Shown piece after piece: positions 56,932-64,000 of a DNA stretch of 64,000 nucleotides. A program made the position numbers and the translations under genes. The notes under the pieces are model-generated. The model searched no databases, had not been told where the DNA came from, and saw only the letters and a program-made list of their open reading frames with translations. Numbering within the stretch: position 1 is the first letter of the stretch; every line of letters starts with the position of its first letter. Source of the stretch: Calditrichaceae bacterium (GTDB lineage Bacteria; Calditrichota; Calditrichia; Calditrichales; JBFXGD01); NCBI GenBank assembly GCA_050173015.1, contig JBFXLE010000004.1, positions 128,001 through 192,000 of the forward strand, in the 5' to 3' direction.

Positions 56932-59900
56932 TCAGTTGGATTCTGTAATCAATTCCAATTCCTTTTCATCCATCTCCATCAACGGGGGAGCGCCTTCCTT
57001 TGAAATCATCAGATATATGGCGGGAATAATGAACAGACTTAAAACGGTACCGATGATGAGCCCGCCGATCACGGCGATTCCCATGGGTATTCTGCTTTCA
57101 GAACCGGCGCCTAACGCCAGGGCAATGGGCAGAATTCCGAGAATTGTCGAGAGACTGGTCATCAATATCGGCCGGAACCGGGCCGCGGCGGCATCACGGA
57201 TGGCTTCGCTGACCGTTAATCCGTTCGCTTTTCGCTGATTTGCAAATTCTACAATCAGGATACCGTTTTTTGTCACAAGTCCGATAAGCATTATCTGTCC
57301 TATCTGGCTAAAAATATTTAGTGTCTGGCCAAAATACCAGAGTGAAAAGAGAGCGCCTCCAAGAGCAAGCGGAACGCTAAACATGATGATCAGCGGATCC
57401 CGGAAACTCTCAAACTGGGCGGCAAGAACAAGATATATAATCAGCAGCGCCAGAACAAAGGCAAACTCCAGACTTGACGCGCTTTCAATAAAATCACGGG
57501 AAGGTCCGGCGAGATCTGTTCGGAATGATTCATCCAAAACCTGCTTTGCCACCCGATCCATGGCAGCTATGCCTTCCCCGATTGTCTTTCCGGGGGCCAG
57601 GCCCGCCGATACGGTGGCTGAAACATAACGGTTAAAATGGTAAAGCTGTGGTGGGCTGCTTTGTTCATAAATGTGAACCAGATTATCCAGCTGGACCATT
57701 TCTCCTCGCTTGTTGCGCACATACAATGACCGCAGATCCAGCGGTTCATCCCGGCTTTCGCGCGCGAGCTGACCAATGACCTGATACTGTTTCCCGTTCA
57801 TGATAAAGTAATCAAACCGTTGCCCGCTCAAAGCCAGCTGCAGCACCTGGGCGATATCGATAACGGATACGCCTAATGACTGAGCGCGCTCACGCTCAAT
57901 TTCAATTCTCAGTTCCGGTTTATTAAATTTTAAGTTGGCATCAACATATTGAAAATTAGGATCCTGCCGGGCCTGATCCAGAAAGTTCGGCAGTATTTCC
58001 CGGAGCCGTTCAAAATTTGGCGCCTCGATCACATATTGAACGGGCAGGGCGCCCCGGCTGGAACCAATGGACTGTTCCTGGGAAACAAATGTTCTGGCAG
58101 CGGATAATTGTTTAACTTGCGATGAGAGCTGATTGGCTATCTCCATTTGGGATCGTTTACGATCGTCCGGATTTTTTAATATTAAACGAATAAAGCCGGA
58201 ATTGACTGAACTGCTTGATCCGAAACCGGGCGAAGTCACTGAAATGATGGCCTCTTTCTCCGGGACGTTTTCATCGATCAGATTTATAACCTGATCCATA
58301 AAATGATCCATATACTCGTATGTCGCTCCTTCCGGCGCGACAGAAAAGAGCCGCACACCGCTGCGGTCTTCGAGAGGCGCTAATTCCCTGGGCAGGATCA
58401 TGCCAAAAGCCACAATGACGATAAAAGAAACCAGAACAAAGATGATAGCCCATTTCTTTCTGCTCAAAAATTTATTTAGCATGCCGCGGTAGGATTTGTT
58501 CAGTTGCAGGAAAAAATCTTCGGTCCTTTTATAAAATCTGCTATGATCGGTTTTTCCTTTAAGCAGTTTGGTCGTCAGCATCGGTGTTAGTGTGAGTGCT
58601 ACAAAAGACGAGATGGAAACAGCGCCCGCGACAACAATGCCGAATTCTCTGAACAACCTGCCTGTCAGCCCCTGCAGAAATATCACAGGCAGAAACACGG
58701 CAATGAGAGCGAGTGTGGTCGCAATAATAGCTAAAAATACTTCGCGTGATCCTTTAATCCCTGCCGCTACAGGCGGCATGCCCTGTTCAATTTTGGCATA
58801 AATATTTTCCAGCATCACGATGGCGTCATCAACAACCATTCCTATGGCCAGAACAAGTCCCAGCAGGGTGAGCACATTAATTGAAAATTCTGCGATGTAC
58901 ATGATAAAAAATGCGCCAATGATGGAAATCGGTACCGTAATCATGGGGATCACGGTCGTTCTCCAATCCCTCAGGAAAAGAAATATGATCAATATTACCA
59001 GTAAGAACGCCAGCATAAATGTTTGTCCGACTTCGCTGATGGATTCGCGGATATATTTCGATGTATCAAAGCCAATACCGAGAGTAATATCCTTTGGAAG
59101 ATCTTTTTCAATCTGTCTGAGCCGGTTTTCAAATTCATCCACTATCGAGATATAGTTTGCGCCGGGTTGTGGAATCAGAACCAGTCCTACCATGGGTACA
59201 GCGTCCCGCTTCAGAACAGTTCTTAGATTTTCCGGACCCAGCTCGGCAAATCCGATATCTTTGAACCGGATAATTTTTCCGTCATCTTCTTTGATAATCA
59301 GGTTGTTAAACGCCTGTACATCTTCGAGTCTGCTGATGGTTCGGACCGTTAATTCGGTCGCTGATCCTTCGACGGATCCGGAGGGCAGTTCCACATTCTG
59401 GCGCAGCAGCTCATTACGTATATCCAGCGGCGTCAGCCCATAGGCGGATAATTTGGCGGGATCCATCCAGAGGCGCATCGCGTAAGTTTTTGAACCCCAG
59501 ATTTGAACTTCGCTGACACCGGGAATGGTCTGGACACGCTCTTTAAAAGTATTGGTGGCGATATCAGTCAGTTCAAGAAGATTTCGTTTATCGCTTTTTA
59601 TATTAAGAAACACGATCGGACTCGCGTTCGCGTCTGCTTTTTGCACAATAGGATTATCCGCGTCCGGAGGCAGGCGGCGTATGGCGCGGGATACGCGGTC
59701 GCGAACATCGTTCGCGGCGGCCTCGAGATCAATTCCCAGATCAAATTCAACCGTCACGGTCGCTCGGCCGTCGCGGCTGACCGAGGAGATCGTCCGGATA
59801 CCGGCAATTCCGCTGATCGATTCTTCAAGCGGTTCAGTAATCTGTGATTCAATAACATCGGCGTTGGCTCCCGTATAATTTGCGGTTACGGTGATGATGG

Positions 59901-60027
59901 GAGGGTCCACATTCGGGTACTCACGCACACCGAGAAAATTATATCCGATTATCCCGAACAGGACAATGACAATTGACATGACCATTGCCAGAACGGGGCG
60001 TCTTATGCTAATTGATGATAAACTCAT
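56932..60027 (-). CDS. RND efflux permease (HAE1/AcrB family)
   Basis: SIRRPVLA, GMVVDDAIVMLENI, QFESFRDP, GLVTKNGILIVEFANQ, RFRPILMTS. Confidence 0.96.
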   Translation of the reverse strand: MSLSSISIRRPVLAMVMSIVIVLFGIIGYNFLGVREYPNVDPPIITVTANYTGANADVIESQITEPLEESISGIAGIRTISSVSRDGRATVTVEFDLGIDLEAAANDVRDRVSRAIRRLPPDADNPIVQKADANASPIVFLNIKSDKRNLLELTDIATNTFKERVQTIPGVSEVQIWGSKTYAMRLWMDPAKLSAYGLTPLDIRNELLRQNVELPSGSVEGSATELTVRTISRLEDVQAFNNLIIKEDDGKIIRFKDIGFAELGPENLRTVLKRDAVPMVGLVLIPQPGANYISIVDEFENRLRQIEKDLPKDITLGIGFDTSKYIRESISEVGQTFMLAFLLVILIIFLFLRDWRTTVIPMITVPISIIGAFFIMYIAEFSINVLTLLGLVLAIGMVVDDAIVMLENIYAKIEQGMPPVAAGIKGSREVFLAIIATTLALIAVFLPVIFLQGLTGRLFREFGIVVAGAVSISSFVALTLTPMLTTKLLKGKTDHSRFYKRTEDFFLQLNKSYRGMLNKFLSRKKWAIIFVLVSFIVIVAFGMILPRELAPLEDRSGVRLFSVAPEGATYEYMDHFMDQVINLIDENVPEKEAIISVTSPGFGSSSSVNSGFIRLILKNPDDRKRSQMEIANQLSSQVKQLSAARTFVSQEQSIGSSRGALPVQYVIEAPNFERLREILPNFLDQARQDPNFQYVDANLKFNKPELRIEIERERAQSLGVSVIDIAQVLQLALSGQRFDYFIMNGKQYQVIGQLARESRDEPLDLRSLYVRNKRGEMVQLDNLVHIYEQSSPPQLYHFNRYVSATVSAGLAPGKTIGEGIAAMDRVAKQVLDESFRTDLAGPSRDFIESASSLEFAFVLALLIIYLVLAAQFESFRDPLIIMFSVPLALGGALFSLWYFGQTLNIFSQIGQIMLIGLVTKNGILIVEFANQRKANGLTVSEAIRDAAAARFRPILMTSLSTILGILPIALALGAGSESRIPMGIAVIGGLIIGTVLSLFIIPAIYLMISKEGAPPLMEMDEKELELITESN

Positions 60028-60104
60028 CTGAAATTCCTGATATTAAATGTATTGTAATGGGTCGAACCTGACCCCGCTTAAATATGAATCCGGTGTTGCC
60101 CGCG

Positions 60105-61178
60105 TCAATTATTGCCCGAAATTTTTACCGCTATTCCGGGCCGGAGTTCGAGTAAGCCGCTGGTGATGAGTGTATCACCGGGACTCAGTCCTTCCTTAAT
60201 TTCAATACTCTGGCTGGTCCGCAAGCCTGTTTTTACCGGAACCGGCTGCGCCATACCGTTTTTATATAGAAAGACAATGCTGCCATTCAGTTCCGGGATC
60301 AAAGCTTTAGTAGGGATTAACAAAGCATTCTCATTGCTGGATACGGTCAGTTCAATATTCGCGAATGATCCGGAAAGTAATTCTTGCTCAGAATTATTGT
60401 ACAGCGCGCGCATGGTTAGTGTGCGTGTGGCCGGATCAATTTTGGGTTCGATGGCATAAATCAACGCGTTCAGTTTTTTTTCAATCCCCTGAACATAAAA
60501 ATTTACCGAATCACCCGGGTGAACACGGCCCGCGTATTTTCCGGGAATGGAAAATTCAATTTTGAGCGGATTGTTATCCACGAGAGTGGCAATGCGGGTA
60601 CTGCTGTTTATATAACTCCCTTCACTCACAAATTTAAGCCCGATTCTGCCGGCAAAAGGTGATCGAATTTCTGTTTTCGAAATCTGGGCCATGATCAGAT
60701 CAATCTCACTTTTGAATATATTGAGGTTGTTTAGAGTCTGATCATAGGCTTCGCGGCTCACCGCCTGAATATCAAGCTGTTTCCGCTGACGCTGTTCATT
60801 CTCCTCAGCCAGGACTTTCTGAAACTCCGCGCTTTTTAACTTCGCCTGCAATTCGGCATCATTAATTTTTATAAGCAGCTGGCCTTTTTTAGTAAAACTT
60901 CCTTCTTTGAAGTATATACCGGTGATCTTACCCGCTGTTTCGCTCTGAAGGGTGATTTCTTCATTTGGTAATATATTTCCTGTGGTGCGAATGGTTTCAT
61001 CCAATTTTTGCGGTTTGATGATATTCACGTCGATATTGACGGATTGAGCATCTGAACCGGCTGATAATTCAGCGGAAGCGTTTTTATTGAGTGAAAGTAA
61101 TTTTGGGATGATTATGACCAGTGCAATGACGACTATGGCAGCTATGACGCGAATGTTTTTTTTCATTGAGGTATCCAT
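60105..61178 (-). CDS. RND periplasmic adaptor (membrane fusion protein)
   Basis: N-terminal TM; FKEGSFTKKGQLL, IRSPFAGRIG, IDPATRT, VKTGLR. Confidence 0.93.
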   Translation of the reverse strand: MDTSMKKNIRVIAAIVVIALVIIIPKLLSLNKNASAELSAGSDAQSVNIDVNIIKPQKLDETIRTTGNILPNEEITLQSETAGKITGIYFKEGSFTKKGQLLIKINDAELQAKLKSAEFQKVLAEENEQRQRKQLDIQAVSREAYDQTLNNLNIFKSEIDLIMAQISKTEIRSPFAGRIGLKFVSEGSYINSSTRIATLVDNNPLKIEFSIPGKYAGRVHPGDSVNFYVQGIEKKLNALIYAIEPKIDPATRTLTMRALYNNSEQELLSGSFANIELTVSSNENALLIPTKALIPELNGSIVFLYKNGMAQPVPVKTGLRTSQSIEIKEGLSPGDTLITSGLLELRPGIAVKISGNN

Positions 61179-61381
61179 AAATGATTTATACAGTATGTTT
61201 GAAGTTAACGATTAAACTGCCTGTAATTATTTCGCTCTCCCGATTGCCATTGATTGACCAGCGATTCTTATCCGGTTAATAAGACCGGGAAGGTACGTTT
61301 GTATTTATTTAATGTCTAAGTTAACCACAATTTCTGAAGACCAGATATACTGTCTGTGTTATGATAAAGCGGGATCCCGGT

Positions 61382-63202
61382 TTACCCGGCCCCGCCAGAC
61401 GCGCCGCCCGCGCCCCCGCCACCGCCTGCAGATGCTCCGCCTCCGGCTCCGGCAGCGGATGTAACGGTACCCGACGCAATGCTGACAAGTGAGACCAATG
61501 AATCAGCAATATTCGGCGTACCTTGCGCGTAAAGAAACCAGGGAAAGCAGACTCCGTATTGTTCTTCCGGAACAATTTTGATCAGTCTTTTGATTGTTTT
61601 TGTACCTGCTCCCAGAGCAATGGCATAAACCAGATAAATACCTACCTGATTATATAAAGATGATTCATAATCCATTGTGTGAAATTTAATCAGGTATCTT
61701 CTAAAGGCTTTCCATTTCTTTTTTTTGAGTTTCATCTCAGGTGTATAACGCAAAATAAGAAATGAAAGTCCCAGACACACGGCGCCGGCGCCTGTGGCAA
61801 TCAATCCGGGAATTCCAAGGAAAACCGCCAGCAATATACCCCCGGATATGACAAGAGAAGAAAAGATAGCTGAATAAATGGTTCCACGGATACTTGATTT
61901 ATCCCATATAATCACGGGATCCAGGTGTTTTTTTATGAGTTTCGTCCATTGTCTGAACCATTTTCTCATAGCGCGGGATGATTTTTTTAATGTAGCGGAT
62001 TCAATCGTGTTCGCTCCTTTACCGATTTCATCAAACATAAACCGTATAAGATTGTCTTCGAAATCAGCTAATTGATGCGCTTTATCACGGTTTATCGTAA
62101 GTGTAAAATTGCGTCTTTTGAACCAGCCGGTATCCGATATCTGCCCGATGGCAAGAACCCCTTTTTCCGCAAGGCTAAACAACGCTGTGGAAAGAGCGGA
62201 ACCCGATACCTGTTTGTTGAGATTTAGGCAATTAATTATTACGGGGTGATATGAATCAGGAATTTGTGTATCTATTTCCTGATGATAGGGAATATCAAAT
62301 CCGCGGCCGTATTTCAGGTACATCAATGCAAAAAAAACAATACCCGCCAGTGATAAAATGACGGCGATTCTCAGCGCCGCGGCATCATTTTCACGTTTCA
62401 AAAGTAAGTCCTGCTCCGCGCGAGCCCGTCTTTGATTCGCTTGTCGCGCCCATTCATATTCTTCGGACAAAACGCTAGATAATCGCTCAGAGTTGACGCG
62501 GTTTCGCGCGTCCGGCGCCCACTTTCCGGGGAACAATATTCGCGTTTCCCAAAACCGGTTAGCGGGCATGGGGCTGACATGCATTTGCAATATACCCTTT
62601 TGAAACCGGATTTTCCCGGTGAGCGGTCCGTGCACCCAGGCGCGGACTTCCGGATAAACGGCTGAATCAGGGAGACTCACCCGGACATTGACCCTGGCGA
62701 TCTGACTGGTATTATCGGCTCCAATGAACTGATAATACAGTTCGGCAACATCATCATAAACCGTAATGGCATCATCTATTTTGTATCTCAGTACAAAAGT
62801 GCGGGATTCGTTCCGCGCCTCATAGTACCAGCGGGCATAAAGTTTGTCACCGGAAATTTCCAATTTATAGGTTCCGGGGCTTTCATCCTGAGATTTTATA
62901 TATTCTGTCCCTTCTTCAGAAATACTGAAATCATGCGCTGTCCCGAGATTTTCCAACGGCAGGGAATAGTCCGCCCACGAGAATTTTCCTTTGAATGAAT
63001 ATGTTCGGGATTCTTCAATGTTTATTCCGCCATCCGGGAGAATCTCTGCCTGAATAAAGACTTCATCAATAGAATATGATTTTGCTTCGATGGAAGCAAA
63101 GGATAAAAGTATGATTGTAGTAAGGAGGACAAGAAAACTGCAACGGTATTTCAGAAACTGAAAAGAAAATAATCTCATTGCTAACCGGCAGATATTAGTC
63201 AT
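61382..63202 (-). CDS. DUF2207 family membrane protein
   Basis: DGGINIEESRTYSF, ELYYQFIG, RAWVHGP, WKAFRRYL, YLVYAIALG, Gly/Ala-rich tail. Confidence 0.88.
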   Translation of the reverse strand: MTNICRLAMRLFSFQFLKYRCSFLVLLTTIILLSFASIEAKSYSIDEVFIQAEILPDGGINIEESRTYSFKGKFSWADYSLPLENLGTAHDFSISEEGTEYIKSQDESPGTYKLEISGDKLYARWYYEARNESRTFVLRYKIDDAITVYDDVAELYYQFIGADNTSQIARVNVRVSLPDSAVYPEVRAWVHGPLTGKIRFQKGILQMHVSPMPANRFWETRILFPGKWAPDARNRVNSERLSSVLSEEYEWARQANQRRARAEQDLLLKRENDAAALRIAVILSLAGIVFFALMYLKYGRGFDIPYHQEIDTQIPDSYHPVIINCLNLNKQVSGSALSTALFSLAEKGVLAIGQISDTGWFKRRNFTLTINRDKAHQLADFEDNLIRFMFDEIGKGANTIESATLKKSSRAMRKWFRQWTKLIKKHLDPVIIWDKSSIRGTIYSAIFSSLVISGGILLAVFLGIPGLIATGAGAVCLGLSFLILRYTPEMKLKKKKWKAFRRYLIKFHTMDYESSLYNQVGIYLVYAIALGAGTKTIKRLIKIVPEEQYGVCFPWFLYAQGTPNIADSLVSLVSIASGTVTSAAGAGGGASAGGGGGAGGASGGAG

Positions 63203-63232
63203 AGAATTCCCCTCGGTGTGGAAAATTAAAGA

Positions 63233-64000
63233 TTAAAAGCAAAGCTTTCCCTGCATATATTTCACGGCATTACCGCTAATCAGGACACGTGTTCCGGAAA
63301 GTTCGCATTTTAAATCGCCTCCGCGTTTTGAAATCTGCCTCGCCTGAAACACTTTTTTTCCCATTCTGGCGGCCCAGTAAGGAGTCAGTGTGCTGTGAGC
63401 CGATCCGGTGACGGGGTCTTCATTGATTTCCTCTTTTGGAGCGAAGAATCTTGAAACGAAATCGACATCATTTCCCGGCGCGGTAACGATGATACCATGC
63501 AGTTCCAGACGTTTCAGAATTTCAAAATCCGGTTGTATGTTTCTTATGTCATCTTCGGTCTCATAAACAGCGAGATAATTGGAAGCGCAATGGACTTCTA
63601 AAGGGGACTGCCCGAGACCTTCGATGAGTAAATCCGGGGTTGGACATTCTGTCGCCGGGATCGCCGGCAGACTCATTTTGAGAGAATCTGTTTCTTTGGT
63701 GACAAACAAATCTCCGCTTTTCGTTTTAAACGTCACTTTGGAGAGAGATGGATCAAGTTCCGTAAAAATAACAAAAGCGGATGCCATCGTAGCGTGTCCG
63801 CATAAATCAACCTCGGTGACAGGTGTAAACCAGCGGAGTTGGAAATATTCTTTTTCCGGAACAAAAAAGGCCGTTTCGGAAAGGTTGTTTTCCGCGGCAA
63901 TTGCCTGGAGCAGCGCGTCATCAGGCCAGTGATCAAGTGGACACACCGCCGCCGGGTTTCCCCCAAATATCTTCTTTGTAAATACATCAATCTGGAAAAT
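63233..64000 (-). CDS. PhzF family isomerase (5' end outside the window)
   Basis: Frame open to 64000: IFQIDVFT...GGNPAAVC; NLSETAF, LRWFTP..EVDLCGHAT, EDPVTGSAH. Confidence 0.92.
   Translation of the reverse strand: MFQIDVFTKKIFGGNPAAVCPLDHWPDDALLQAIAAENNLSETAFFVPEKEYFQLRWFTPVTEVDLCGHATMASAFVIFTELDPSLSKVTFKTKSGDLFVTKETDSLKMSLPAIPATECPTPDLLIEGLGQSPLEVHCASNYLAVYETEDDIRNIQPDFEILKRLELHGIIVTAPGNDVDFVSRFFAPKEEINEDPVTGSAHSTLTPYWAARMGKKVFQARQISKRGGDLKCELSGTRVLISGNAVKYMQGKLCF

Noticed and set aside
56588-60565. Numerous plus-strand ORFs opposite the RND operon (and similar shadow ORFs opposite rpsA, scpA and ygiQ)
   Set aside because: Antisense shadows of well-supported genes.
61382-61470. GC-rich low-complexity repeat
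   Set aside because: Encodes the normal Gly/Ala/Ser-rich C-terminal tail of DUF2207 proteins.
1-64000. CRISPR arrays, tRNA/rRNA genes, IS elements, prophage
   Set aside because: No spaced direct repeats, cloverleafs, transposase, integrase or phage genes were recognised by eye.

Overview
Gene-dense bacterial chromosomal window (about 50 CDS; I found no rRNA, tRNA, CRISPR array or transposase). Two proteins end in a 'QNxPNPFNPxT...KM.L.K/R' C-terminal sorting domain and there are many CarboxypepD/TonB/beta-barrel proteins. This points to an FCB-related lineage such as Calditrichota/KSB1 (inference). Housekeeping genes: msrB, yajQ, arfB, trpS-scpA-scpB-rluB-[unknown Rossmann enzyme]-cmk, rpsA, an orphan mreB, csp, slyD, ygiQ and phr. 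Accessory content: c-di-GMP enzymes, an Rrf2-headed hemerythrin/DUF438/PepSY operon, an RND efflux operon and envelope proteins. Four observations stand out. (1) A probable selenoprotein missed by the ORF track: a DUF1573-type ORF reads through UGA (5746-5748) at the first Cys of the CGC motif (G-G-U-G-C-T), with a SECIS-like hairpin just downstream and arfB next to it. (2) A promoter- and terminator-bounded structured ~180-nt ncRNA candidate (1700-1880) carrying a perfect 13-nt complement of the 16S rRNA 3' tail. (3) A tocopherol-cyclase homologue head-to-head with a MenA-type prenyltransferase, with a phytol-kinase-family gene nearby. (4) An uncharacterised 567-aa Rossmann enzyme translationally coupled between rluB and cmk. 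All family assignments come from motif recognition by eye; no searches were run.
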